Assembly: GCA_964537735.1 (NCBI GenBank)
Contig: CAZICL010000006.1
Coordinates: forward strand, 989 to 64,988
Direction: 5' to 3'
From: an uncultured Rhizobium sp.
GTDB taxonomy: Bacteria; Pseudomonadota; Alphaproteobacteria; Rickettsiales; UBA1997
DNA length: 64,000 bases
A model generated the notes under the pieces. The model was not told the DNA's origin. It made no database searches and saw nothing but the letters and a program-made list of their open reading frames with translations. How positions within the stretch are numbered: the stretch's first letter is position 1; each line of letters opens with the position of its first letter. Positions 54,746 to 63,785 of this stretch are shown in pieces. Position numbers and translations under genes: made by a program.

Positions 54746-55768
54746 CTATTTATTCCGCACCAAATCTAAAACAAACTCAACATTTTCAATTGGAGTTTGT
54801 GGCACAATTCCGTGGCCCAAATTAAAGATAAAAGGTTTGTCACCAAACTTTTCTAAAATATCTAAAACTTCTTTTTCGATTTCTTTTTTAGAACCAAAAG
54901 CCAGCAATAAATTATCCAAGTTTCCTTGCACAATAGCATCACAATCTTGTTGTAAGTTCTTTCTCGCCCAATTTCTTTCAAGGCTTTGATCAAGTGCTAT
55001 TCCATCACAACCAACTTGCTTGGTAAATTCTAAATAATTCATACCAATTCCACGCGGAAAGCAAATTATTGGAGTTTGTGGATGAAGTTTTTTTAACTGT
55101 GAAACAATTTTTTTAGTCGGCTCAATCACCCATTTTTGCAATTCAAACGGCGGTAAAATTCCGGCCCAAGAATCAAATAATTTCACCACATCAGCTCCTG
55201 CTGAAATTTGCAGAGATAAATATTCGATTATGCTTTGAGTGATAATTTCAATTAATTGTGAAAAATATTGCGGATCTTTAAGAGCAGTTTGACGAGTTTT
55301 TTCAAAATTTTTCGATCCACCTTTCTCTATCATATAACAAGCTAACGTCCACGGAGCACCAGAAAATCCAATCAAAGCTGTATCGTCACCTAATTTTGAT
55401 TTTGTGAGTTCTAAAGCCTCAAAAACTGGATTTAAATGCGATTTAATATTATCTCTCCTGAGATTTTCTAATTCAAAATCCCCCAACTTCGGACCTTCAT
55501 TTTTAACAAATTCCACTTTAACACCAAGTGCATCTGGAATTACCAAAATATCTGAAAAAATAATTGCTGCATCAAAACCAAACCGACGAATTGGCTGAAG
55601 TGTTACTTCTGTAGCTAGTTTTGGGTTATAACAAAGATCTAAAAAATTATTAACTCCTGATCTGATTTCACGATATTCTGGAAGATATCTGCCTGCTTGT
55701 CTCATTACCCAAATTGGTGGGGAAGAATTTATCTCTTTTTTAAGAAGTGTATTAAGTAATTTATTCAT
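54746..55768 (-). CDS. hemE: uroporphyrinogen decarboxylase
   Basis: 340 aa with PPIWVMRQAGRYLPEYR and SDILVIPDALG. Confidence 0.95.
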   Translation of the reverse strand: MNKLLNTLLKKEINSSPPIWVMRQAGRYLPEYREIRSGVNNFLDLCYNPKLATEVTLQPIRRFGFDAAIIFSDILVIPDALGVKVEFVKNEGPKLGDFELENLRRDNIKSHLNPVFEALELTKSKLGDDTALIGFSGAPWTLACYMIEKGGSKNFEKTRQTALKDPQYFSQLIEIITQSIIEYLSLQISAGADVVKLFDSWAGILPPFELQKWVIEPTKKIVSQLKKLHPQTPIICFPRGIGMNYLEFTKQVGCDGIALDQSLERNWARKNLQQDCDAIVQGNLDNLLLAFGSKKEIEKEVLDILEKFGDKPFIFNLGHGIVPQTPIENVEFVLDLVRNK

Positions 55769-56028
55769 TTAGAAATTAGATAATTTTAATGGTGCTGTTA
55801 ATTTCTTAATTAAAAGTTTTTAACAATTTTATTAACAGTTTTGAAATTAGTTATCTTAGAAAATAAAGGATTTTAAGAGTTATTAACAGAAATAAATTAT
55901 TAAAAAAACTTTATTAACAGAAAGAAACTATGTTGAAAAAATGTTAAAATCTTTAATAAGTTTTTTTGAAAAATTAAATCCGTAAATAAGTCATAAGTTT
56001 TTAACAATTTATTAACAGTTTTTTTAAC
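55769..56028. other. candidate chromosomal replication origin (oriC) / CtrA- and DnaA-box-like repeat cluster
   Basis: This 260-bp hemE-bolA spacer is very AT-rich. TTATTAACA occurs at 55829, 55880, 55911 and 56009, with an inverted partial copy at 55795-55802. There are seven TTAAC pentamers and one exact TTAA-N7-TTAAC (56001-56016). A 29-nt block is repeated at both ends (55814-55842 versus 55995-56023). Confidence 0.5.
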
Positions 56029-56277
56029 ATGAAGCAAAGGATCGAAAAAATTTTGCAGGAAAATTTACGAACAGAATTTTTAGAGGTAAAAAATAATTCA
56101 CATCTTCACGCGGGACATGCTGGAGATAATGGTAGCGGTGAAACGCATTTTGCCGTAACTATTAATTCTGAAGAATTACGTGGAATTTCAAAAGTACAGG
56201 CGCACCGCAAAATAAATGCTCTTTTAAAAGAAGAGTTTGGGAATGGTTTGCACGCTTTAGAGATAAAAGTGGGATAA
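56029..56277 (+). CDS. BolA-family protein
   Basis: 82 aa with NNSHLHAGHAG...HF and the VQAHRKINALL pattern of the BolA family. Confidence 0.85.
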   Translation: MKQRIEKILQENLRTEFLEVKNNSHLHAGHAGDNGSGETHFAVTINSEELRGISKVQAHRKINALLKEEFGNGLHALEIKVG

Positions 56278-56315
56278 AAAAAGTCTGGCACCTGATTTGA
56301 TGCCAGACTTTTTTA
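56276..56315. terminator. bidirectional rho-independent terminator between bolA and clpX
   Basis: An A-run, then the agtctggca-N10-tgccagact hairpin, then a T-run. Confidence 0.8.
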
Positions 56316-56343
56316 CTACAAATTTTGATTTGCGACAGTCTCA

Positions 56344-57648
56344 TTAAGCTCTTTTTTCCTTCTGAGGAACAACGGTCATAATTTTCTTACCGTCGCGTTC
56401 TTCAATTTCTTTTTCGCTTAAATATTCGATCTCTACCTTTTTATTTTTGGTCAAAACTTCTTTGGTAACTCGCACTTTTTTGATATTTTTTTGCGATGGA
56501 GCTTCAAACATTGTGTCGAGCAAAATGTTTTCTGTTATGGCGCGCAATCCTCTGGCGCCGGTTTTGCGATCGATTGCGCGTTTAGAAATTTCCTTTAGGG
56601 CATCTTGGTCGAAGGTAAGCTCAATTTTATCGAGTTCGAAAAGTTTTTGATATTGTTTGGAAATAGAATTTTTTGGTTCAACTAAAATTCTTCTCAAATC
56701 TTCTTCTGTTAAGCCTTCAAGAGGAGCAATTAGAGGAAGTCTGCCGACAATTTCTGGAATTAAACCGAATTTAATCAAATCATCAGGCTCAACACTGTTG
56801 AAAATATCCTTACGGTTAGTGTCGTCTTTAGAACGAACATCAGCTCCAAAGCCAATGCTGGAACCTTTACCACGCACAGAAATAATTTTTTCCAAACCAG
56901 AAAAAGCACCGGCACAAATAAACAAAATATTGCGAGTATCAACTTGCACATATTCTTGTTGCGCGGTTTTGCGACCTGGTTGAGTTGGAACTGAAGCGAC
57001 AGTGCCTTCAATAATTTTTAGCAAACCTTGTTGAACGCCTTCGCCGGAAATGTCGCGACTGCGTGCACCTTCTTCTGATTTTCTAGCGATTTTATCAATT
57101 TCATCGATGTAAACAATGCCGCGCTGAGTTTTTTCAACATCGTAATTTGCAGCTTGTAAAAGGCGGGAAATAATATTTTCCACATCATCACCAACATAAC
57201 CAGCCTCGGTAAGAGAAGTAGCGTCGGCCATAGTGAAAGGTACATCAAGAATGCGTGCTAAAGTTTGAGCCATAAGGGTTTTACCACAACCAGTTGGCCC
57301 AATCATCAAGATGTTGGATTTATTAAGCTCAATGCCATCAGTAGAAAGAGCGTTGCTGGAGTCAATACGTTTGTAGTGGTTGTAAACGGCAACAGCTAAA
57401 ACTTTTTTGGCATATTCCTGACCAACCACATAATCATCGAGAGTTTTGATGATTTCTTTGGGAGTTGGTTTGGAACCATCAGACTTACCGAGAGTCGATT
57501 TTTTAGTGTCTTCGCGTAATATATCGGTGCACAGGGCAATACATTCGTTGCACACAAAAACGGTTGGGCCGGCGATTAATTTTTTTACTTCATTTTGATG
57601 CTTGCCGCAAAATGAGCAGCACAGATCATGAGAATCTTCTTTAGTCAT
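56344..57648 (-). CDS. clpX: ATP-dependent Clp protease ATP-binding subunit ClpX
   Basis: 434 aa with an N-terminal zinc finger (CSFCGK...CNEC), Walker A (GPTGCGKT) and IVYIDEIDK. Confidence 0.97.
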   Translation of the reverse strand: MTKEDSHDLCCSFCGKHQNEVKKLIAGPTVFVCNECIALCTDILREDTKKSTLGKSDGSKPTPKEIIKTLDDYVVGQEYAKKVLAVAVYNHYKRIDSSNALSTDGIELNKSNILMIGPTGCGKTLMAQTLARILDVPFTMADATSLTEAGYVGDDVENIISRLLQAANYDVEKTQRGIVYIDEIDKIARKSEEGARSRDISGEGVQQGLLKIIEGTVASVPTQPGRKTAQQEYVQVDTRNILFICAGAFSGLEKIISVRGKGSSIGFGADVRSKDDTNRKDIFNSVEPDDLIKFGLIPEIVGRLPLIAPLEGLTEEDLRRILVEPKNSISKQYQKLFELDKIELTFDQDALKEISKRAIDRKTGARGLRAITENILLDTMFEAPSQKNIKKVRVTKEVLTKNKKVEIEYLSEKEIEERDGKKIMTVVPQKEKRA

Positions 57649-57653
57649 ATTTA

Positions 57654-58277
57654 TTAAGATTGGGTTGGTCTTTTATCGATTACCTGATCAACAATTCCGA
57701 ATTCTTTAGCTTTTTCAGAAGTCATAAAGTTATCGCGTTCCATCGATTTTTCGATATTTGATAATTTTTGACCAGTATGTTTGACGTAAATTTCGTTTAG
57801 TCTTCTTTTTAAAGATAAAATTTCCTGAGCGTGAATTTCAATGTCGGTGGCTTGGCCTTGATAACCGCCGGAAGGTTGATGAATCATGATGCGAGAATTG
57901 GGTAAGCAAAATCTTTTTCCGGGCGCCCCGGCAGCAAGTAAAAGCGATCCCATGGAAGCGGCCTGACCAACACAAATTGTTGCAACATCTGGCCCGATAT
58001 ATTGCATGGTGTCATACATGGCAAGTCCGGAAGTGACAATGCCACCAGGAGAGTTGATGTAAAAGTGAATATCTTTTTTTGGATCTTCTGACTCAAGAAA
58101 TAATAGCTGCGCAACTACTAAAGATGAGACTTGGTCATTGACTGGTCCTGATAGAAATATGATTCTTTCTTTTAAAAGACGGGAATAAATATCGAAAGCG
58201 CGCTCGCCTTTGGTGGTTTGCTCAACTACAGTTGGAACAAGATAGTTTGCTTGTTCAAGGATCATTTTTTCTGACAT
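57654..58277 (-). CDS. clpP: ATP-dependent Clp protease proteolytic subunit
   Basis: 207 aa with GQAASMGS (catalytic Ser) and IMIHQP. Confidence 0.97.
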   Translation of the reverse strand: MSEKMILEQANYLVPTVVEQTTKGERAFDIYSRLLKERIIFLSGPVNDQVSSLVVAQLLFLESEDPKKDIHFYINSPGGIVTSGLAMYDTMQYIGPDVATICVGQAASMGSLLLAAGAPGKRFCLPNSRIMIHQPSGGYQGQATDIEIHAQEILSLKRRLNEIYVKHTGQKLSNIEKSMERDNFMTSEKAKEFGIVDQVIDKRPTQS

Positions 58278-58353
58278 ATTTTTGGAATTTTTTAAAGAAA
58301 TGCTGGTAAAGGATTTAAGAATGGATGGCGAAAAATCAATGTCATTTTCATGA

Positions 58354-58381
58354 CTTGAATTTGCTTTAGCTCTTCTTATCT
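58354..58381 (+). promoter_or_regulatory. putative RpoH (sigma-32)-type promoter for grpE
   Basis: CTTG (58354-58357), a 17-nt spacer, then CTTATCT (58375-58381). This matches the alphaproteobacterial heat-shock promoter consensus CTTG-N17/18-CYTATNT and lies about 40 nt upstream of the grpE ATG. Confidence 0.5.
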
Positions 58382-58422
58382 TTTTCGGTATCGTAATTTT
58401 AACTTTTTTGGAGTGTTTAACA

Positions 58423-58992
58423 ATGCAAAATAATCAAGATTCTAAATCGATTAATAATCAGGATTCGGATCAGCAAAATCAATCGGTTGTGCCAGAGCAA
58501 GAAAATCAAGTGGATAAAATTGCTGAGTTGGAAAAGTCGTTGGCAGAATCCAACGATAAATTGCTAAGAACTTTGGCTGAGTTGGATAACGTGCGCAGAA
58601 GGTCACGCGAAGAGGTGGAAAAATCGGCAAAATTCGCCATTTCTAATTTTGTTAGTGATTTGGTTTTGGTGGTGGAAAATTTCTTTTTGGCCAGTGAAAA
58701 TGCTCCAAAATCTGAAATTGAAAAAGTTCCGGCAATTAAAAATTATGCTGACGCGATTGTGATGACGGAAAAAGAATTGCTCAAAATTTTGGAAAAAAAT
58801 CAGGTTAAAAGAATTTATCCACTTAACTGCCAATTTGATCATAATCTTCACGAAGCTATTGCTCATATCGAGTCTGATGCTGCTGAGGGCACTGTTGTTC
58901 AAGTTATTCAAGCCGGCTATTCAATAGCTGATCGTCTAATCCGTCCAGCGCTTGTTGGAGTAGCAAAAGCCAAAGTCGTAGCGGCGGAATAA
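58423..58992 (+). CDS. grpE: nucleotide exchange factor GrpE
   Basis: [13 protein letters not shown] and the C-terminal beta domain ([16 protein letters not shown]). The ATG at 58423 has a GGAG 8 nt upstream and is preferred over the TTG at 58408. Confidence 0.9.
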   Translation: MQNNQDSKSINNQDSDQQNQSVVPEQENQVDKIAELEKSLAESNDKLLRTLAELDNVRRRSREEVEKSAKFAISNFVSDLVLVVENFFLASENAPKSEIEKVPAIKNYADAIVMTEKELLKILEKNQVKRIYPLNCQFDHNLHEAIAHIESDAAEGTVVQVIQAGYSIADRLIRPALVGVAKAKVVAAE

Positions 58993-59045
58993 ATAACTTG
59001 CAAAAAACCGTCTTGAAAATAAGTTGCGCGACCCTTTTTTGCTTA

Positions 59046-59122
59046 GGGATCATAGCTCAGTTGGTTAGAGCAGGATGCTCATAACGTCTTGGTCGTAGGT
59101 TCGAGTCCTACTGATCCCACCA
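59046..59122 (+). tRNA. tRNA with CAU anticodon (tRNA-Ile2/lysidine type favoured over elongator tRNA-Met)
   Basis: I folded the 77-nt cloverleaf by hand: acceptor GGGATCA/TGATCCC, D-stem GCTC/GAGC, anticodon loop CTCATAA, T-arm GTAGG-TTCGAGT-CCTAC, and an encoded CCA. The AGCAGG...TTGGTCG context resembles E. coli ileX more than metT. Confidence 0.85.
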
Positions 59123-59287
59123 GCTTTCGCTCTTCGAGCTACGGCTGGCAGGCCAGCCAAAGGGTGGACTGCCAGGCGGAGATTGACGGAGGGAGGGCTT
59201 TCTAGGATTTTCTCGGAAATCCTTCTGATTCACAGGTCAAGGCAATCTACCTGTGTTTCTGCATATTAATTTAATTGATAAAATGAC

Positions 59288-59491
59288 ATGCCGAAAATGA
59301 AAACAAATAGCGGGGCCAAGAAGCGATTCAAGGTTACCGGAACCGGAAAAATTGTTCACAAACAAGCCGGGAAACGTCACAATCTGGGTAAAAAAAGTCA
59401 GACTCGCATCAGAAACTTGCGCAAAAGTGCTGTCCTTTCCGAAGGACATACAGCAAGTGTCTTAAAGCATAAGATGCCTTATAACCGTTAA
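59288..59491 (+). CDS. rpmI: 50S ribosomal protein L35
   Basis: 67 aa starting MPKMKTNSGAKKRFKVTGTGKI. Confidence 0.95.
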   Translation: MPKMKTNSGAKKRFKVTGTGKIVHKQAGKRHNLGKKSQTRIRNLRKSAVLSEGHTASVLKHKMPYNR

Positions 59492-59510
59492 TTAATAAAG
59501 GAGTTTACCC

Positions 59511-59867
59511 ATGAGTCGTGTAAAAAGAGGCGTTACTAAAAAAGCTCGCCATAAAAAAATCTTAAAACTTGCTAAAGGCTATCGTGGCCGTGCGAAAAAT
59601 TGTTTTCGTGTTGCAATAGAAAAAGTTGAAAAAGCGTTGCAATACGCTTATCGCGATCGTCGCGTTAAGAAAAGAGACTTCCGTGGTCTATGGATTCAGC
59701 GTATTAACGCTGCGGTTCGTCCACAGGGTTTGGTTTATTCAAGATTTATCAATGGCTTGAAATTGGCCAATATTGATCTTGATCGTAAAGTGCTTTCTGA
59801 CTTGGCTATTAAAGAGCCAGAAACTTTTGCAAAAATTGTTGAAAAAGCCAAAGCTGCTTTGAAATAA
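59511..59867 (+). CDS. rplT: 50S ribosomal protein L20
   Basis: 118 aa starting [27 protein letters not shown]. Confidence 0.97.
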   Translation: MSRVKRGVTKKARHKKILKLAKGYRGRAKNCFRVAIEKVEKALQYAYRDRRVKKRDFRGLWIQRINAAVRPQGLVYSRFINGLKLANIDLDRKVLSDLAIKEPETFAKIVEKAKAALK

Positions 59868-59876
59868 TAAAAATAA

Positions 59877-59917
59877 GAGGGGTCTGGCACCTTGCGGAAC
59901 CAGACCCCTCTCGTTTG
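59877..59917 (+). terminator. rho-independent terminator of rpmI-rplT
   Basis: gaggggtctgg-N12-ccagacccctc, an 11-bp GC-rich stem followed by TCGTTTG. Confidence 0.75.
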
Positions 59918-60001
59918 AATACAGGTTTTCCTAGAGCCTATGCCAAAGCAAACTTTGTTCAAGGTTCAAGTAGCTTTAGGATATTCCATCTAAAAATCTC
60001 C

Positions 60002-60412
60002 ATGAAACTATACAACGCTCTAATCAAAAAAAATCACGAAGGAAAAATAGAAGATATTCTGTTATTGAGAGAAGGTTTTTCTGTGATGGCTTTTTTGTTT
60101 AGTGCTTTCTGGTTTCTCTACCACAAAATGCGCAGAGAGTTTTTAGTTTTGTTGGTGGTAAACTTCGCTTTTGCCTTTGCCCAAAAGTTGAATTTTCTTT
60201 CCGGCTTTGATGAGATGTGTTTGCAAATGGCTTTCTTTTTTGTTGTCGCACTTAACGCTAACTATTGGCTGATGGATGATTTAAAAAAGCGTGGTTATGA
60301 ATTTGCTGGTTTGGTTTTTGGCAATGACGTTGCTAGTGCTAGAATGCGCTTGTTTGATAATTTGCGGGCAGAAAATATGCTTGGATCATTTGAGTTGGCA
60401 GGTTGGAGATAG
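60002..60412 (+). CDS. DUF2628-family small membrane protein
   Basis: MKLYNALIKKNHEGKIEDILLLREGFSVMAFLFSAFWFLYHKM matches the DUF2628 pattern. It lies immediately upstream of hisH, as in many alphaproteobacteria. The start was moved from 59915. Confidence 0.7.
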   Translation: MKLYNALIKKNHEGKIEDILLLREGFSVMAFLFSAFWFLYHKMRREFLVLLVVNFAFAFAQKLNFLSGFDEMCLQMAFFFVVALNANYWLMDDLKKRGYEFAGLVFGNDVASARMRLFDNLRAENMLGSFELAGWR

Positions 60413-60413
60413 A

Positions 60414-61046
60414 ATGAAAACAGTAATAATCGACTACGGTTCTGGCAATATTGAATCAGTTTTTAACGCGCTAAATCAGGTTAAAACTTCCACTCAAGAA
60501 ATTATAATTTCCAAAAATCCGCTGGATCTTAAATCAGCCACTTCCCTAATCTTGCCAGGAGTTGGTGCTTTCGCTGATTGTATTAATGGATTGAAATCAG
60601 TTGCTGGGTTGGCTCAAGAATTAAGAAACCAAGTGATCGGCGAAAAAAAACCTTTTCTGGGAATTTGTGTTGGTATGCAGGTTTTGGCCTCAGTTGGCTA
60701 TGAAGATGGCGAACATCAGGGATTAGGGTTTATTAACGGTAAAGTTGAAAAAATTCCTGCAGCTGCGGGGCTAAAAATTCCCCATATGGGATGGAACGAA
60801 ATTGTGCTCAAAAATAATGATCATGAAATTTTCTCGGGAATAAAAAATGGCGATCATTTCTATTTTGCCAATTCCTATCATTTTCGCTGCCAAAATGAGC
60901 ATAATGAACTAGCCCATGTTGAATATGGAGTGAAACTTTGTGCCGCGATTGCCAAAGATAATATTTTTGGCGCGCAATTTCATCCTGAAAAGAGTGGTGA
61001 AGTGGGGCTGAGATTGCTCAAAAATTTTCTTAATTGGCGACCATAA
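60414..61046 (+). CDS. hisH: imidazole glycerol phosphate synthase glutaminase subunit HisH
   Basis: MKTVIIDYGSGNIESV, LPGVGAF, GICVGMQ (catalytic Cys) and QFHPEKS. The start was moved from 60291. Confidence 0.9.
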   Translation: MKTVIIDYGSGNIESVFNALNQVKTSTQEIIISKNPLDLKSATSLILPGVGAFADCINGLKSVAGLAQELRNQVIGEKKPFLGICVGMQVLASVGYEDGEHQGLGFINGKVEKIPAAAGLKIPHMGWNEIVLKNNDHEIFSGIKNGDHFYFANSYHFRCQNEHNELAHVEYGVKLCAAIAKDNIFGAQFHPEKSGEVGLRLLKNFLNWRP

Positions 61047-61078
61047 ATTTTTGATAATTTTTTAAATCAAAAATCAAA

Positions 61079-62098
61079 ATGCAAAAAGTCTCGGACTTTA
61101 TGTTCCATGCCCTTTTCCATGAGACTCAGGGCTATTACCGCACTAAAAATCCTATCGGAAAAAAATCTGATTTTATTACGGCACCGGAAATTTCCCAAAC
61201 TTTTGGAGAAACTATCGCCGCCTATATTTTACAAATTTCTAGTGCGAAAAAATCAGCAATTGCTTTGGTTGAAATGGGTGCTGGCAAAGGCACGCTGTTT
61301 TATGATATTTTAAATTCGATTAAAAAACTTGCGGCAAAAAATATTGCTCCAGCTCTTGATTTCTTTGAGCGCACAACCTTTCACATTGTTGAGATAAATC
61401 CGATATTGCGTGAAATTCAGCAAAAAAAATTGCAGGAATTTTCAATAAACTGGTATGAAAATTTTGCTGATATTGCTTTTGAAAAGCAGGAGATTCTTTT
61501 TATCAGTAATGAGCTTTTTGACTGTTTTCCCATAGATCAATTTATTCTAACTGAAAGCGGATGGCGCGAGCGCACGGTGCAGGATAAGAAATTTACTGTT
61601 GCAGATTTTGACCAAGAAACCCATCAATTTGTTGAAAAAGAAATCAGCTCTTTGGCGCCAATCGGTGCGGTTTTTGAGTATAGCAAAAGAGCGCGAGAAT
61701 TTATGAATCAGCTTTGCGAAGCCTTAAAAACACAGGGTGGAGTTGCCATTAATATTGATTATGGTTATGAAAAAAATGATTTTGCTAATACTTTGCAAGC
61801 TCTAAAAAACCATCAAAGGGTTGATGTTTTGGAAAGTCCGGGAAGCGCTGATATTACTGCTCATGTTGATTTTGACTCTTTAAGAAAGATTGCGAAGAAA
61901 GCCGGTTTAAATTCATCATTAATTTCACAAAAAGAATTTTTAATTGGTTTGGGCATGGAAGAAAGGCGCAAAATGCTGCTTGCTAAAAACCCAGAAAAAA
62001 CCGCCGAAATAAACTCTGCTATTGACCGTTTGGTTGATTCAAATCAAATGGGAGATCTATTCAAATGTCTCATCGTCTGGAGAGATACTACGTCTTGA
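61079..62098 (+). CDS. class I SAM-dependent methyltransferase, MidA/NDUFAF7 (DUF185) family
   Basis: 339 aa with GYYRTKNPIGKKSDFITAPEISQTFGE, VEMGAGKGTL and SNELFDCFP. Confidence 0.85.
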   Translation: MQKVSDFMFHALFHETQGYYRTKNPIGKKSDFITAPEISQTFGETIAAYILQISSAKKSAIALVEMGAGKGTLFYDILNSIKKLAAKNIAPALDFFERTTFHIVEINPILREIQQKKLQEFSINWYENFADIAFEKQEILFISNELFDCFPIDQFILTESGWRERTVQDKKFTVADFDQETHQFVEKEISSLAPIGAVFEYSKRAREFMNQLCEALKTQGGVAINIDYGYEKNDFANTLQALKNHQRVDVLESPGSADITAHVDFDSLRKIAKKAGLNSSLISQKEFLIGLGMEERRKMLLAKNPEKTAEINSAIDRLVDSNQMGDLFKCLIVWRDTTS

Positions 62099-62179
62099 TT
62101 CAAGATACCGAACTTTTTAAAAAATTAATTCTGTTGCGGATGCAGCAATTCATTTGCTGCGCAGCAATGCAACTAAACC

Positions 62180-62204
62180 CAAATTCAAACGCAGTTTGAA
62201 TTTG
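62180..62204. promoter_or_regulatory. 11-bp-arm inverted repeat 13 nt upstream of the bioB ATG (operator or translational hairpin candidate)
   Basis: caaattcaaac-gca-gtttgaatttg. It is preceded at 62142-62167 by the alternating arms gcagcaa / ttgctgc / gcagcaa. Confidence 0.4.
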
Positions 62205-62217
62205 ATTGAGTATAAAC

Positions 62218-63213
62218 ATGAAAGAAATTCAAGAAAATACATCGACACAGCCGCTTGTTGCGTCTTATGATTTTGGCACTCGCCATGATTTTACTGTTGA
62301 AGAAGTTTCACAACTTTTTGCCCTGCCTTTTAATGATTTAATTTTTAAGGCTGCGGAAATTCATCGCCAATTTCATGACCAAAATAAGGTTCAAATCAGC
62401 ACGCTATTAAGCATTAAAACCGGCTCTTGTCCGGAAAATTGTAAATATTGTCCGCAATCTGCGCATTACAATACTGGTTTGGAAAAAGAATCTTTGATGG
62501 CGATTGATCAAATCCTTGAAGCAGCCAACGCCGCCAAACAAGCTGGTGCATCAAGATTTTGTATGGGAGCGGCTTGGAGAAATTTGCACGATCGTGATGT
62601 TGAGAAAATTTGTCACATTGTAGATGAGGTCAAAAAAACCGGTCTGGAAACTTGTATGACACTGGGAATGTTGACGGATTCACAAAGCAAAAAACTCAAA
62701 GAAGCCGGTTTGGATTATTACAATCATAATATTGACACTTCACCGGAATTTTATTCTGAAATTATTACAACACGTAGTTTTGAAGATCGTCTTAACACCT
62801 TAAAAAATGTCCGTGAAGCTGGTCTAAATGTATGCTCGGGTGGAATTGTTGGCATGGGTGAGTCCAGAGAAGATCGTGCTAAAATGCTAATTGTTTTGGC
62901 AAATTTACCAAAACATCCGCAATCAGTGCCGATAAATATGTTGGTTCGTGTTGCGGGAACTCCATTGTCAGAAAAGGCGGAGCTGGATGAGTTTGAGTTT
63001 ATTCGTACCATTGCCGTGGCCAGAATTATGATGCCGCATTCGGCAGTACGTCTTTCTGCTGGTCGAGAAAATATGAATGAGCAGACTCAAGCCTTATGTT
63101 TTTTGGCGGGGGCTAATTCAATTTTTTATGGTGAAAAATTGCTCACAACTTCTAATCCAGAAATGGAGAGAGATCAGGCTTTGTTTAGGAAGTTGGGAAT
63201 TGAGGGGAAATGA
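62218..63213 (+). CDS. bioB: biotin synthase
   Basis: Radical-SAM CxxxCxxC ([13 protein letters not shown]) and YNHNIDTS. The ATG at 62218 is preferred over the TTG at 62206. Confidence 0.95.
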   Translation: MKEIQENTSTQPLVASYDFGTRHDFTVEEVSQLFALPFNDLIFKAAEIHRQFHDQNKVQISTLLSIKTGSCPENCKYCPQSAHYNTGLEKESLMAIDQILEAANAAKQAGASRFCMGAAWRNLHDRDVEKICHIVDEVKKTGLETCMTLGMLTDSQSKKLKEAGLDYYNHNIDTSPEFYSEIITTRSFEDRLNTLKNVREAGLNVCSGGIVGMGESREDRAKMLIVLANLPKHPQSVPINMLVRVAGTPLSEKAELDEFEFIRTIAVARIMMPHSAVRLSAGRENMNEQTQALCFLAGANSIFYGEKLLTTSNPEMERDQALFRKLGIEGK

Positions 63214-63263
63214 TTTAACATTTAGCATTTTTTTAAATTTTTAAAACGATAATGGAGGTCGAA

Positions 63264-63728
63264 ATGATTACAGTTGAAGACAAATTAAAGGCATTGGGAA
63301 TTGCTTTACCAACGCCGGCAGCTCCGGTTGCCAACTATGTTGGTTTTGTGAAATCGGGAAATCAGGTTTTTGTTTCCGGTCAGTTGCCGCTTGAAGCCGG
63401 TAAGTTGCAATTTGTTGGTAAGGTTGGCTCGGAAGTTGTTGCTGAAGATGCTAAAAAAGCCGCTCGTATTTGTGCCATCAATATTCTTGCTCAGGTAAAA
63501 GTAGCTTGTGATGGCGATTTAGAACGTGTCGTACGTTGCGTTAAGCTCGGAATTTTTGTCAATGGTGATGCTGATTTTAAAGATCATCCGGCAGTTGCTA
63601 ATGGTGCTTCCGATTTGATGGTAGAAGTTCTAGGAGACGCTGGAAAACATGCTCGCGCCGCTGTTGGATCTGGCTCTCTTCCTTTCGGTGTGTCAGTTGA
63701 AGTGGATGCTATTTTTGAAATAAAATAA
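63264..63728 (+). CDS. RidA/YjgF-family protein
   Basis: KLKALGIALPTPAAPVANYV...GQLP and the C-terminal ARAAVGSGSLPFGVSVEVDAIFE. A GGAGG lies 6 nt upstream of the ATG at 63264. Confidence 0.85.
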   Translation: MITVEDKLKALGIALPTPAAPVANYVGFVKSGNQVFVSGQLPLEAGKLQFVGKVGSEVVAEDAKKAARICAINILAQVKVACDGDLERVVRCVKLGIFVNGDADFKDHPAVANGASDLMVEVLGDAGKHARAAVGSGSLPFGVSVEVDAIFEIK

Positions 63729-63749
63729 AGTCGGTTAGTTATATTTTTA

Positions 63750-63785
63750 GGGGTAAGGCACCAGTTGCTTTACCCCTTTTTTTTG
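63750..63785 (+). terminator. rho-independent terminator after the RidA-family gene
   Basis: ggggtaa-N13-ttacccc followed by a T8 run. Confidence 0.8.

Noticed and set aside
58278-58353. Possible second sigma-32-type promoter on the minus strand for clpP (ATTG-N17-CTTAAAT)
   Set aside because: Both hexamers deviate from the consensus CTTG...CYTATNT, so the match is too weak to report as a feature.
59237-59449. 70-aa minus-strand ORF overlapping rpmI
   Set aside because: It is antisense to the unmistakable L35 gene and runs into the structured spacer, so it is implausible as a gene.
56282-59910. Shared 11-mer GTCTGGCACCT in the bolA/clpX and rplT terminators, and shared GGGGTAAG in the mdh (36608) and RidA (63750) hairpins, considered as a terminator repeat family
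   Set aside because: Matches of 8-11 nt are expected many times by chance within 64 kb. The shared bases pair with different partners in each hairpin.
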